Of a stretch of 64,000 nt of DNA, positions 1 to 11,513 are shown piece by piece; within the stretch, counting starts at the first letter, position 1; each line of letters opens with the position of its first letter. Source of the stretch: Escherichia coli (GTDB lineage Bacteria; Pseudomonadota; Gammaproteobacteria; Enterobacterales; Enterobacteriaceae); the NCBI RefSeq assembly GCF_024502345.1, contig NZ_JALDNN010000001.1, one strand, 5' to 3'. The position numbers and the translations under genes are program-made. Under the pieces are notes generated by a model. The model did not search any database. It was given only the letters and a program-made list of their open reading frames with translations, and was not told where the DNA came from.

Positions 1-932
<932 letters not shown>

Positions 933-1038
933 CTAATCAGATAGAACAGTCCCGGATAATATTCGGGACTCATACACTGACATACTGAGTTCTGAATTTA
1001 GTAGCAAGATTACTTATGATTATTTAAGGATAGTAACC

Positions 1039-2004
1039 ATGCCTTTAGATTTAAGTAACACCTTAGTTATTGGCATCAGCGCAACCGCGCTTTTCGACAT
1101 GAGTGAATCCGATCGCATGTTTCGCGAAACCTATGCGACCGATCCTGATAGCGCCATTGAAAAGTATCGCGCCTACATGCTGGAGCACGAAAACCAGCCT
1201 TTACAACCAGGAACAGGCTATCCCTTGGTCAAAGCGCTTTTGGGACTCAACCAGCACCGTCAACCCGATGATAAATCACCGCTGGTTGAAGTTGTCGTGA
1301 TGTCGCGTAACAGCCCTGATACCGGTATCCGTGTCCTAAATACCATTCGCCATGACAAACTCGATATTACACGTTCAGCCTTTACCGCAGGTGAAACTGT
1401 TGCCGATTACTTAGATGCTTTTGATGTGGATCTGTTTTTAACGACCAACGTTGAAGATGCGCAAAAGGTGATTGATTCCCGGTTCTGCGCCGCAGCAATC
1501 CTGAAAGATCCGCCTTCTGACGCATCTGATATCCCCGAAGGGCAAGTGCGCATTGCTTTTGACGGTGATGCAGTGCTTTTCTCTGATGAAAGTGAGTTAG
1601 TTTATAAAACTCAAGGGATGGCCGCTTTTCACGCCCAGGAGGATGCGCAGCAAGATATCCCGATGGCTGAGGGACCTTATGCCACTTTGCTAAAAAAAAT
1701 AGCCAAGCTTCAGGAGCGATTGCCAACACGAGTCGAGTATTCTCCCGTCCGTATTGCGCTGGTGACAGCCCGAAATAGCCCTTCGGAAATGCGCGTCATT
1801 AAAACGCTGAGAAGCTGGGGGGTATATGTCGATGAAGCTTTTTTTCTTGGCGGTGTAGAGAAAACAAAAGTTCTGAAGGCGTTTAAACCGCACATTTTCT
1901 TCGACGACCAGGATGTGCATTTGGTTGCTGCCGCAAAGGTTGTTCCTTCCGGTAAAGTACCTTATGCCAGTAATTCAGAGCTTTTTGAAAACGTAGCATC
2001 ATGA
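1039..2004 (+). CDS. Predicted HAD-like 5'-nucleotidase of the cytosolic cN-IA type (321 aa); islet cargo gene
   Basis: Translation contains an FDGDAVLF (DxDx[TV]) motif and overall resemblance to the bacterial 5'-nucleotidase family; family assignment is from memory, not a search. Confidence 0.6.
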   Translation: MPLDLSNTLVIGISATALFDMSESDRMFRETYATDPDSAIEKYRAYMLEHENQPLQPGTGYPLVKALLGLNQHRQPDDKSPLVEVVVMSRNSPDTGIRVLNTIRHDKLDITRSAFTAGETVADYLDAFDVDLFLTTNVEDAQKVIDSRFCAAAILKDPPSDASDIPEGQVRIAFDGDAVLFSDESELVYKTQGMAAFHAQEDAQQDIPMAEGPYATLLKKIAKLQERLPTRVEYSPVRIALVTARNSPSEMRVIKTLRSWGVYVDEAFFLGGVEKTKVLKAFKPHIFFDDQDVHLVAAAKVVPSGKVPYASNSELFENVAS

Positions 2005-2010
2005 AACTTT

Positions 2011-2049
2011 AAACAAATAGCCATCTTTACATCTAGATGGCTATTTGTT
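2011..2049. terminator. Hairpin with about 14-bp perfect stem between convergent genes; probable bidirectional terminator
   Basis: ACAAATAGCCATCT ... AGATGGCTATTTGT inverted repeat directly after the stop codons of the 321-aa gene and the integrase. Confidence 0.5.
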
Positions 2050-2052
2050 AAT

Positions 2053-3267
2053 TTATGCCGTCTTCCTAAATGCACCCTCTACCACACCCCCGCCTTTCCC
2101 CAGCTCACCAATGTAATCCGCATACCACTGCATCATTTGCCTACGCCCATCAAGATACTGCGCATGGTTATACGTGCCGCGAATCGCATTCTTATCGACA
2201 TGGGCAAGCTGCGTTTCAATCCACGCTGAGTTAAAGCCCTGCTCGTGCAGAATGGTACTCATCGTGTGGCGGAAACCATGTCCCGTCAGCCTGCCTTTAT
2301 ACCCTAATAACTCAATGACCTGATTGATGCTTTCCTTGCTGATCGGCTTGCGAGGATCATTCCTGCCGATAAAGACCAGCGCGTGATGTTTTGATATCGG
2401 CTCAAGTTGCTTGAACAGCGCAATAACCTGTTCTGAGAGCGGCACAATATGGGGCCGTTTCATCTTCATCACTTCTGCCGGGATCTCCCATAGTTTTGTC
2501 TCAAAATCGATATCCTCCCAGCGTGCGAAACGTAGTTCTTGCGTGCGTACACCGGTTAACATAATGATCTGAGTGGCGGTCTTCGTGATAACACTGCCGG
2601 TATAACCCGCCAGATCATTGAGAAAGTGAGGTAGTTCATTGGCAGTAAGGAAAGGAAAATGTACCTTTTTTGGCGTAGCTAAGGCGCTGGCAAGATCGGG
2701 GGCGGGGTTGTAATTCGCTCTGCCGGTAATAATTGCAAAACGGAATACTTCCCCGCAGCGCTGGCGAACTTTACGCATTTTCTCCAGCGCTCCGCGTTTC
2801 TCCATCTTACGTAGCGCTTCCAGTAGTTCCATTGGCTTAATATCAGCAATAGGGCGCTTACCGATGTAGGGGAAGATGTCCTTCTCAAAGGTGTCGATGA
2901 TTTCATCGCGGTAGCGCAATGACCAGCGATCGGCTTTAGTCTGATGCCACTCGCGAGCCACGGCTTCAAACGTGTTCTCTGCATTCAGTTTCTGCGCAAG
3001 TTTCTCGGATTTTTTAGTTTCTCCGGGGTCGCCACCTGCCGCCAGAATCTTCTTCGCCGCATCACGTTTTTCACGGGCGTCTGCCAGAGAAACATCGGGG
3101 TAGACGCCAAAAGCGAGACGCTTCTCTTTACCTGCAACGCGATATTTCATGCGCCAGTAGCGTGAGCCATTGGTTGCTACTTCAACGTACAACCCTCCTG
3201 CATCACCTAAGCGATACGTCTTTTCTCTGGGTTTTAACGCACGCACTTTTGCATCAGTTAATGGCAT
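2053..3267 (-). CDS. Tyrosine recombinase, P4-type integrase (404 aa), apparently intact
   Basis: N-terminal arm-binding region (MPLTDAKVRALKP...GLYVEV...YWRMKYR) and C-terminal catalytic residues (GHGFRHT ... RGTYNHAQY); lies next to the tRNA-Sec 3' end. Confidence 0.9.
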   Translation of the reverse strand: MPLTDAKVRALKPREKTYRLGDAGGLYVEVATNGSRYWRMKYRVAGKEKRLAFGVYPDVSLADAREKRDAAKKILAAGGDPGETKKSEKLAQKLNAENTFEAVAREWHQTKADRWSLRYRDEIIDTFEKDIFPYIGKRPIADIKPMELLEALRKMEKRGALEKMRKVRQRCGEVFRFAIITGRANYNPAPDLASALATPKKVHFPFLTANELPHFLNDLAGYTGSVITKTATQIIMLTGVRTQELRFARWEDIDFETKLWEIPAEVMKMKRPHIVPLSEQVIALFKQLEPISKHHALVFIGRNDPRKPISKESINQVIELLGYKGRLTGHGFRHTMSTILHEQGFNSAWIETQLAHVDKNAIRGTYNHAQYLDGRRQMMQWYADYIGELGKGGGVVEGAFRKTA

Positions 3268-3706
3268 CGTTGTTTCCTCCTGAAAGCAAGAATGCTTTGA
3301 CAGCCTGGGTTTGTTCGGGTGTCAGGGATAGGGTTTGTTTGGTTGTTTTGATGGTTAAGCCGTAATGCTCTGAGAGGGAAAGTTGAAAGGATTGTTTGGC
3401 CCGTTCCTGGCGACGTTGCTCTCTTTCGTGAGCCTTATCGATTGCAGGATCGTAGCCCTCTTTGATTTTTACTCTGGCTTTATCCCTTAGCACAATGGCT
3501 TCTTTAATCGTGACGTCCGGCCATGCTCCAAATGTGAGGCTTTTCTCCTTCCCCTCTATCCGGTACTTCATCCGCCAGCACTTTGACCCCGTTGGATTCA
3601 CCAACAAAAAGAGCCCTCTGCCGATAGAAAATTTGTAAGGTTTACTACGGGCATCAAGTGACTTTATTATTTGATTATTAATGATTTTTTGTTCTTTTGG
3701 TGGCAT
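3254..3706 (-). pseudogene. Integrase N-terminal fragment (150 codons, arm-binding domain only), stops 14 bp inside the start of the intact integrase
   Basis: Translation MPPKEQKIINNQIIKSLDARSKPYKFSIGRGLFLLVNPTGSKCWRMKYR... resembles P4-type integrase N-termini but lacks the catalytic domain. Confidence 0.6.
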
Positions 3707-3862
3707 GTCATTTTACCTCCAATGGTTGGTATGCCCAATTGTGCCCCCAAAGGCGTATTGATACCAGTAGACTCCGGTTGACCTCAGAATACAAGGAAGG
3801 CTTGATATATAAGGGATGAGAAGAGATTTTGTTGACGTCAGAAGAGTTCAGGAGAGGCTAAT

Positions 3863-3957
3863 TGGCGGAAGATCACAGGAGTCGAACCTGCCCGGGACCG
3901 CTGGCGGCCCCAACTGGATTTGAAGTCCAGCCGCCTCACCGGAGACGACGATCTTCC
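3863..3957 (-). tRNA. selC: tRNA-Sec (selenocysteine tRNA), 95 nt
   Basis: Reverse complement reads GGAAGATCGTCGTCTCCGGTGAGGCGGCTGGACTTCAAATCCAGTTGGGGCCGCCAGCGGTCCCGGGCAGGTTCGACTCCTGTGATCTTCCGCCA, the E. coli selC sequence. Confidence 0.95.
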
Positions 3958-4249
3958 GCGCCTCGATTGCTACATGGAGGCGGGGCGCATTATAGCTACT
4001 TCCTTGAGTTTCTACATCCCCCAGATCAGTTTTTTCCGCCTAATACACGCAGCGTATTATCACGAAAGCATTATAGTTCATATAAAACCCATATTTTACA
4101 ATGATATATGAGCGGAATTAACGCTACCACGATCACATAAAACAAGAATCATAAATTAATAACCAGATATCGGAATATTCGCTCTCACAGGGATGGTTTA
4201 CAAAATGCGTTATCGGTCTCAGCACCCCTATAGCATCAAGGAAAAGCAG

Positions 4250-5632
4250 ATGAAGAGTGAAGTGTTGTCCGTTAAAGAGAAAATTGGTTATGGCATGGGA
4301 GACGCCGCCAGCCACATTATTTTCGATAACGTAATGTTATATATGATGTTCTTTTATACCGATATTTTTGGCATTCCTGCCGGTTTTGTCGGAACCATGT
4401 TTTTGGTCGCTCGTGCACTGGATGCGATTTCCGATCCTTGCATGGGGTTGTTGGCCGATCGAACGCGCTCTCGCTGGGGTAAATTTCGTCCGTGGGTACT
4501 GTTTGGCGCACTGCCATTCGGGATCGTCTGTGTACTGGCCTATAGCACGCCAGATCTCAGTATGAACGGCAAAATGATCTATGCAGCAATTACTTACACC
4601 CTACTTACCTTACTTTATACCGTCGTCAATATCCCTTACTGCGCATTGGGTGGTGTAATCACCAATGACCCGACTCAGCGTATCTCGCTGCAATCCTGGC
4701 GTTTTGTGCTGGCGACCGCGGGAGGCATGCTTTCTACTGTTCTGATGATGCCACTGGTTAATTTAATTGGCGGTGATAATAAACCACTCGGTTTCCAGGG
4801 CGGTATCGCGGTCCTTTCCGTGGTGGCATTCATGATGCTGGCATTTTGTTTCTTCACCACTAAAGAACGCGTTGAAGCACCACCTACAACAACGTCTATG
4901 CGGGAAGATTTACGTGATATCTGGCAAAACGACCAGTGGCGGATTGTCGGTTTACTAACCATTTTCAATATCCTGGCGGTGTGCGTACGCGGTGGGGCGA
5001 TGATGTATTACGTCACATGGATTTTGGGTACGCCGGAAGTGTTTGTCGCTTTTCTCACCACTTATTGCGTGGGTAACCTGATTGGTTCCGCACTGGCAAA
5101 ACCGCTGACCGACTGGAAATGTAAAGTCACTATCTTCTGGTGGACGAACGCCCTGCTGGCAGTGATTAGCCTCGCAATGTTCTTTGTTCCCATGCAGGCC
5201 AGCATCACTATGTTTGTCTTCATCTTCGTGATTGGTGTGTTGCATCAACTGGTGACACCTATCCAGTGGGTAATGATGTCCGATACCGTCGATTACGGCG
5301 AGTGGTGCAATGGTAAACGCCTGACCGGGATCAGTTTTGCTGGCACGCTGTTTGTGCTCAAACTGGGGTTGGCCTTCGGCGGCGCTCTTATCGGCTGGAT
5401 GCTGGCTTATGGCGGATATGATGCGGCAGAAAAAGCTCAGAACAGCGCCACGATTAGCATCATTATCGCGCTATTCACGATTGTTCCGGCGATCTGTTAT
5501 TTGCTGAGCGCGATTATCGCTAAACGCTACTACTCACTCACGACGCACAATCTGAAAACCGTTATGGAACAGCTGGCTCAGGGCAAACGCCGTTGCCAGC
5601 AACAATTCACCTCTCAAGAAGTGCAGAACTAA
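4250..5632 (+). CDS. yicJ: GPH-family sugar:cation symporter (460 aa)
   Basis: Translation matches YicJ; start set at the MKSEVLSV methionine inside the longer ORF. Confidence 0.9.
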   Translation: MKSEVLSVKEKIGYGMGDAASHIIFDNVMLYMMFFYTDIFGIPAGFVGTMFLVARALDAISDPCMGLLADRTRSRWGKFRPWVLFGALPFGIVCVLAYSTPDLSMNGKMIYAAITYTLLTLLYTVVNIPYCALGGVITNDPTQRISLQSWRFVLATAGGMLSTVLMMPLVNLIGGDNKPLGFQGGIAVLSVVAFMMLAFCFFTTKERVEAPPTTTSMREDLRDIWQNDQWRIVGLLTIFNILAVCVRGGAMMYYVTWILGTPEVFVAFLTTYCVGNLIGSALAKPLTDWKCKVTIFWWTNALLAVISLAMFFVPMQASITMFVFIFVIGVLHQLVTPIQWVMMSDTVDYGEWCNGKRLTGISFAGTLFVLKLGLAFGGALIGWMLAYGGYDAAEKAQNSATISIIIALFTIVPAICYLLSAIIAKRYYSLTTHNLKTVMEQLAQGKRRCQQQFTSQEVQN

Positions 5633-5641
5633 GGAACGGCA

Positions 5642-7960
5642 ATGAAAATTAGCGATGGAAACTGGTTGATTCAACCTGGCCTCAATTTGATTCACCCGCT
5701 TCAGGTGTTCGAGGTTGAACAGCAGGGTAATGAAATGGTGGTCTATGCTGCCCCCCGTGATGTACGTGAACGTACATGGCAGCTTGACACGCCTTTATTT
5801 ACGCTGCGCTTTTTCTCCCCACAGGAAGGTATTGTCGGGGTGCGGATTGAGCATTTTCAGGGGGCGCTGAATAACGGCCCTCATTATCCGCTCAATATTT
5901 TGCAGGACGTGAAGGTCACAATCGAAAACACAGAACGTTATGCTGAGTTTAAAAGTGGCAACTTAAGCGCGCGTGTCAGCAAAGGTGAGTTCTGGTCACT
6001 GGATTTTCTGCGCAACGGCGAACGTATTACCGGTAGTCAGGTGAAAAATAATGGCTACGTGCAGGACACGAATAATCAACGCAATTATATGTTTGAGCGG
6101 CTTGATCTTGGCGTTGGCGAAACAGTTTACGGTCTGGGAGAGCGCTTTACTGCCCTGGTGCGCAATGGCCAGACGGTAGAGACCTGGAACCGGGACGGCG
6201 GCACAAGTACTGAACAGGCGTATAAAAATATCCCGTTCTACATGACTAACCGTGGTTATGGGGTACTGGTCAATCATCCCCAGTGTGTCTCTTTTGAAGT
6301 GGGATCGGAGAAAGTCTCCAAAGTGCAGTTCAGCGTTGAGAGTGAATATCTCGAATACTTTGTTATCGACGGCCCGACGTCGAAAGCGGTACTTGATCGT
6401 TATACCCGCTTTACTGGTCGTCCGGCGCTGCCGCCCGCGTGGTCCTTCGGCCTGTGGCTAACCACTTCATTTACCACCAACTACGACGAAGCGACGGTAA
6501 ACAGCTTTATCGATGGTATGGCGGAACGCAATCTGCCGCTGCATGTTTTCCACTTTGACTGTTTCTGGATGAAAGCCTTCCAGTGGTGCGATTTTGAGTG
6601 GGACCCGCTGACTTTCCCTGACCCGGAAGGGATGATCCGCCGCCTGAAAGCGAAAGGGCTGAAAATCTGCGTCTGGATTAACCCCTATATCGGTCAAAAA
6701 TCCCCCGTCTTTAAAGAGTTACAAGAGAAAGGCTATTTACTCAAACGCCCGGACGGTTCGCTATGGCAGTGGGATAAATGGCAGCCAGGTCTGGCGATTT
6801 ATGACTTTACCAATCCGGATGCCTGCAAATGGTACGCCGACAAACTGAAAGGTCTGGTCGCGATGGGCGTTGATTGCTTTAAGACCGACTTTGGCGAACG
6901 TATCCCAACTGATGTTCAGTGGTTTGACGGTTCCGAACCGCAGAAAATGCATAACCATTATGCGTACATCTACAACGAACTGGTGTGGAACGTGCTCAAG
7001 GACACCGTTGGTGAGGAAGAAGCTGTCTTGTTTGCCCGCTCGGCCTCCGTCGGTGCGCAGAAATTCCCGGTACACTGGGGTGGCGATTGTTACGCTAACT
7101 ACGAATCAATGGCGGAAAGCCTGCGCGGTGGTTTGTCTATTGGCCTTTCAGGTTTTGGCTTCTGGAGCCACGATATCGGCGGCTTTGAAAATACCGCTCC
7201 GGCGCACGTTTACAAACGCTGGTGCGCGTTTGGTTTGCTCTCCAGCCATAGCCGTTTACACGGTAGCAAATCTTATCGTGTGCCGTGGGCCTACGATGAT
7301 GAGTCCTGTGATGTGGTGCGCTTCTTCACGCAACTGAAATGCCGCATGATGCCGTATCTGTATCGTGAAGCTGCGCGTGCGAACGCGCGGGGTACGCCGA
7401 TGATGCGGGCCATGATGATGGAGTTCCCGGACGATCCGGCTTGTGATTACCTTGACCGTCAATACATGTTAGGCGACAACGTGATGGTTGCGCCGGTGTT
7501 CACTGAAGCGGGCGATGTGCAGTTCTACCTGCCGGAAGGTCGCTGGACACACCTGTGGCACAACGATGAACTCGACGGTAGTCGCTGGCATAAACAGCAG
7601 CACGGCTTCCTGAGTCTGCCCGTTTATGTGCGTGATAACACTCTACTGGCGCTGGGCAACAACGATCAACGTCCCGATTACGCGTGGCACGAAGGTACGG
7701 CATTCCAGCTCTTTAAACTGCAAGACGGGCATGAAGCCGTCTGTGAAGTGCCCGCTGCTGACGGTTCGGTGATCTTTACTTTAAAAGCAGCACGTACTGG
7801 CAACACGATTACTGTGACTGGTGCGGGCGAGGCGAAGAACTGGACGCTGTGCTTGCGCAATGTTGTGAAAGTAAATGGTCTGCAAGGCGGTTCGCAGGCT
7901 GAAAGTGAGCAGGGGCTGGTGGTGACGCCTCAAGGGAATGCGCTGACAATTACGTTGTAA
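5642..7960 (+). CDS. yicI: Alpha-xylosidase, glycoside hydrolase family 31 (772 aa)
   Basis: Translation matches YicI; conserved synteny with yicJ. Confidence 0.9.
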   Translation: MKISDGNWLIQPGLNLIHPLQVFEVEQQGNEMVVYAAPRDVRERTWQLDTPLFTLRFFSPQEGIVGVRIEHFQGALNNGPHYPLNILQDVKVTIENTERYAEFKSGNLSARVSKGEFWSLDFLRNGERITGSQVKNNGYVQDTNNQRNYMFERLDLGVGETVYGLGERFTALVRNGQTVETWNRDGGTSTEQAYKNIPFYMTNRGYGVLVNHPQCVSFEVGSEKVSKVQFSVESEYLEYFVIDGPTSKAVLDRYTRFTGRPALPPAWSFGLWLTTSFTTNYDEATVNSFIDGMAERNLPLHVFHFDCFWMKAFQWCDFEWDPLTFPDPEGMIRRLKAKGLKICVWINPYIGQKSPVFKELQEKGYLLKRPDGSLWQWDKWQPGLAIYDFTNPDACKWYADKLKGLVAMGVDCFKTDFGERIPTDVQWFDGSEPQKMHNHYAYIYNELVWNVLKDTVGEEEAVLFARSASVGAQKFPVHWGGDCYANYESMAESLRGGLSIGLSGFGFWSHDIGGFENTAPAHVYKRWCAFGLLSSHSRLHGSKSYRVPWAYDDESCDVVRFFTQLKCRMMPYLYREAARANARGTPMMRAMMMEFPDDPACDYLDRQYMLGDNVMVAPVFTEAGDVQFYLPEGRWTHLWHNDELDGSRWHKQQHGFLSLPVYVRDNTLLALGNNDQRPDYAWHEGTAFQLFKLQDGHEAVCEVPAADGSVIFTLKAARTGNTITVTGAGEAKNWTLCLRNVVKVNGLQGGSQAESEQGLVVTPQGNALTITL

Positions 7961-8012
7961 TCTATTGACGGAATGCCGGGTACGTCTGAGTCGTACCCGG
8001 CGAGATTGATGT

Positions 8013-9722
8013 TTACCGCACCGGCTCCGTCGATGTAACTTCACCGCTGGAAACGATGCCAGCATTCATGGTTTGAGTCACTTGCTGCTTTGCGGCGTTC
8101 ACGGTATGCAATTGCCCGCTAACCGTAGGTTTCAGCGGGGCATTGGCCTGAATATCTCCACTGGCGGTAAGCTGAATATTGCCGTCGCCAGTCAACGGTA
8201 ATTCAGGCCATCCCCATTGTTGCAAAATATTCACCGGCACACCGCGTCCATTCAGGCTGATATGGGTCTGACGTTGTGGCGTTTGTGAAACACTGGCAGT
8301 GGCTTCCAGAATGCCTTTTTCAGTAAATGCACTCAGTTCGCTGATATTCACCGTGCTGCTGTTGGCGGTCAGCGCCAGCGACGGGCGACGAACATCAACA
8401 CGATTGAATGTCGCGGCGGCGGCATTCAGATTCGCCGAGCCACTCCAGACGCCCCATTTATGATCGGTAACCAGCGTCAGGTTGGCACCGTAACCATCGA
8501 GCGCGGTGAGCTGCCACGGGAAGTCAGGGTCGATATCAATGATCAGATTGCGGCTGGCGCTAAATCTCTTCAGTTGCAGGCTGTTTAACCAACCCGGTGT
8601 CGTTTCCATCCACAACTGTTGCCAGTTTTTCGGCAAGGTATATTCCAGCCCGGCAATTGCCGCATCATCAAGGAGTAACGTTTTCCCGTCACGCAGCCAG
8701 TTCCCTGACGTTCTGACCATACCCCCTTCCCAGCGGCTGGTGAACTGGCGCAGCGCTACGCCCTGCGGGGAAAATTCCGCGTTTATAATCGGGTCAAATA
8801 AATGCAGTGAACCATAAATGAACTCGCTGGCGTTCATCGACAGTTTGCCTTCCTGTGTCTGCCAGTCATCTTTACTGAAGGTCATGTTGCGCAAGCTGAG
8901 ATCGAGGTCGGTCACCGCCCAGTCCGGACCTTGCAGACGAGCATCGATCACTTCCAGGCGACCAATCTGCAACGACGGGACAGAGCGTAATGGCGCAAAG
9001 AAGTCGGTTAGCGATTTTTCGCTTTGTAGACGGATATCCGCCATGCGCAGATTTTCCACTTGCCAGCTGCCGTCGGCGTTACGCTGCGCGTTTCCGGTTA
9101 ATGTCCCGCGCGCGATGTCGGCACCCAGGTTAGTCAGCGTAACGCGATCGTTATCAATACTGCCTTCAATCAGTACATTGGTGGCAGGAACATCATTGAG
9201 CGAAAGCGATCCGGCACTAAACTGAATCTGCGCCTTCGTACCCAGCACTTTACCGGCTTCTGGTGACCACGGAACCACGCCGCCATTTACCCGCTGCGCG
9301 CTCAGTTTCCATTCGCTATTCGGGCTATTAAACGCCATATCACGCAGTTGCAGACGATCGGCTTTGAACGGTAGCGGCGCGGTCTGGCCGGTGAGATTCA
9401 GCGTCCCGTTTTCCAGCAGGATGGTATCGACATGGCGTGGTTCGGTCAGTTGCCGACTGCTTAGCGCAATGTCGACACTTTTTGCCACCAGGGTCGCGGG
9501 CTGACCATCACGACCAAACGTGACGTTCTCCAGCACGATATGAGATGGCGCGGAAAAACGGTGATCCATCGCCCCGAAGGCCAGATGATAGTCGCTATTC
9601 TCGGAAACCCATGCGCTGATATGTTCTGCTCCCCAGCGAGTTTGCAGAAGAAAATAGAGGCCAGCGATCACCACTAACAGAGCGATGAGAATGTAGAGAA
9701 GCAGCTTCCCAATAAATTTCAT
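8013..9722 (-). CDS. yicH: AsmA-family protein (569 aa)
   Basis: Translation matches YicH; start set at MKFIGKLLLY. Confidence 0.85.
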   Translation of the reverse strand: MKFIGKLLLYILIALLVVIAGLYFLLQTRWGAEHISAWVSENSDYHLAFGAMDHRFSAPSHIVLENVTFGRDGQPATLVAKSVDIALSSRQLTEPRHVDTILLENGTLNLTGQTAPLPFKADRLQLRDMAFNSPNSEWKLSAQRVNGGVVPWSPEAGKVLGTKAQIQFSAGSLSLNDVPATNVLIEGSIDNDRVTLTNLGADIARGTLTGNAQRNADGSWQVENLRMADIRLQSEKSLTDFFAPLRSVPSLQIGRLEVIDARLQGPDWAVTDLDLSLRNMTFSKDDWQTQEGKLSMNASEFIYGSLHLFDPIINAEFSPQGVALRQFTSRWEGGMVRTSGNWLRDGKTLLLDDAAIAGLEYTLPKNWQQLWMETTPGWLNSLQLKRFSASRNLIIDIDPDFPWQLTALDGYGANLTLVTDHKWGVWSGSANLNAAAATFNRVDVRRPSLALTANSSTVNISELSAFTEKGILEATASVSQTPQRQTHISLNGRGVPVNILQQWGWPELPLTGDGNIQLTASGDIQANAPLKPTVSGQLHTVNAAKQQVTQTMNAGIVSSGEVTSTEPVR

Positions 9723-9842
9723 GGTCTTCCATCCCGTGAAATGCACATAAGGGAGTTATGCACGATTTACGCGCAATCCTCAAGGCGGGAATGGTGAAAG
9801 AGGTGAGACTGCGGCGGTAATTATCTTACCGCCGCCAGTGAA

Positions 9843-11234
9843 TTACTGTTTTTCTGGTGGGAAAATCAGATTCAGCACGATGGCAGTAATACCGCCCGCG
9901 GCGATCCCGGAGGAGAGCAGGTTTTTCAGCCATTCAGGGGCAAACTGCAAAATCAGCGGCTGCTGAGACACGCCCAGACCAACCGCCAGCGACAGCGCGA
10001 TAATCAGAATCGCCCGACGGTTCAGCGGCTCACGAGAAACGATACGCACACCGGAGGCGGCGATGGTGCCAAACATTACAAGCGTTGCGCCGCCCAGAAC
10101 CGGTTCTGGAATGTGTTGTACAAAACCGCTCACTGCCGGGAACAGACCCAGCACGATCAACATCAGCGCGACGACAAAACCGACATAGCGGCTGGCAACA
10201 CCGGTCAACTGGATCACTCCGTTGTTCTGCCCGAAGCAGGAGTTCGGGAAGGTGTTAAACACCGCCGAAACAAACGAGTTCAGGCCGTTTGCCAGCACGC
10301 CGCCTTTCAGGCGTTTCATGTACAGCGGACCGGACACTGGCTGTTCGGAAACGTCAGAGGTCGCCGTGATATCGCCAATGGTTTCCAGCGAAGTGATCAT
10401 AAAGACCAGCATCAGCGGCAGCAGCAGACTCCATTCAATGCCAAGACCGTAATAGAGCGGCGTTGGCACCATAATCAGTTCTTGCGTCATCGGTTCGTTG
10501 CTTTCTGGCAACATGCCCATAAACCACGCCAGCGCATATCCGGCCGCCATCGCAATCACCAGTGAGGCCACGCGTAAGTAAGGGTTACGTTGACGGTTAA
10601 GCAGGATAATTAAGGCTAAGACCACGCCTGCCAGCAGCAGATTTTTCGGTGCGCCGAAGGTGTTATCGCTCATGGCTGCGTAACCGCCGCCAATTGAGGT
10701 CAGCCCCACCTGAATTAGCGACAGGCCGATAATCATCACCACAACGCCAGAAACCAGCGGCGTAATAATGCGGCGCGCCAGATGCAGAACACGGGAGATC
10801 ACCATCTCGGTGCAACTTGCCAGCATCAACGTGCCGAACAAAGCCGCCATCATGGTAGGAACATCAGCACCACCGGTTTTCAGCGCGGTACCGCCCATAA
10901 TCAGCGGGGCAACAAAGTTGAAGCTGGTGCCCTGAATAGACAACAGCCCGGAGCCAACCGGACCCCAGGCCTTAATTTGAATAATCGATGCCACACCGGA
11001 GGCAAACAGCGACATACTAATAATGTGTTGCGTGTCTTGTGCCGGTAAACCCAGCGCCTGGCAGATTAATAGCGCTGGCGTGATCACCGCAACGAACATT
11101 GCCAGCAAATGCTGACAGGCGGCAAACAGGGTTTGAGGAAGCGGCGGACGATCTTCAAGACGGTAAATCAGTTCGCTGTTTTGAGTCTGCGCAACCGGTT
11201 GCGCACTTTCTGACTCGAGGGTGGAAACAGACAT
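9843..11234 (-). CDS. xanP: Xanthine permease, NCS2 family (463 aa)
   Basis: Translation matches XanP (YicE); start at MSVSTLE. Confidence 0.9.
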   Translation of the reverse strand: MSVSTLESESAQPVAQTQNSELIYRLEDRPPLPQTLFAACQHLLAMFVAVITPALLICQALGLPAQDTQHIISMSLFASGVASIIQIKAWGPVGSGLLSIQGTSFNFVAPLIMGGTALKTGGADVPTMMAALFGTLMLASCTEMVISRVLHLARRIITPLVSGVVVMIIGLSLIQVGLTSIGGGYAAMSDNTFGAPKNLLLAGVVLALIILLNRQRNPYLRVASLVIAMAAGYALAWFMGMLPESNEPMTQELIMVPTPLYYGLGIEWSLLLPLMLVFMITSLETIGDITATSDVSEQPVSGPLYMKRLKGGVLANGLNSFVSAVFNTFPNSCFGQNNGVIQLTGVASRYVGFVVALMLIVLGLFPAVSGFVQHIPEPVLGGATLVMFGTIAASGVRIVSREPLNRRAILIIALSLAVGLGVSQQPLILQFAPEWLKNLLSSGIAAGGITAIVLNLIFPPEKQ

Positions 11235-11513
11235 CGAAAACAATCCCGTGGTAGCAAAGCGGGCATTTTAGCTGACCGAAAGAGAAAAGCAAACGTTTGC
11301 TACATCCTCATCTAAATATTTAAATGAGATAAATGCACTTTTTTATATAACTTTTGGTATTTTTCTGCTTAAAATCCATGCCATTTGTTCATTAACAGCT
11401 GAGAATTTGACCCAGGAAAGCATGACTCGATACCCGTCATATTTCATGAAGTTGCCACTGCGCGATGAAGTATGACGAGTATGAAAGAGTGATGCGGATA
11501 CAAAGGAGTAACT

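Noticed and set aside
3862-4111. Small ORFs (80 aa and 63 aa) overlapping selC and the selC-yicJ spacer
   Set aside because: They overlap the tRNA-Sec gene on the opposite strand and an AT-rich promoter region; no coding signal
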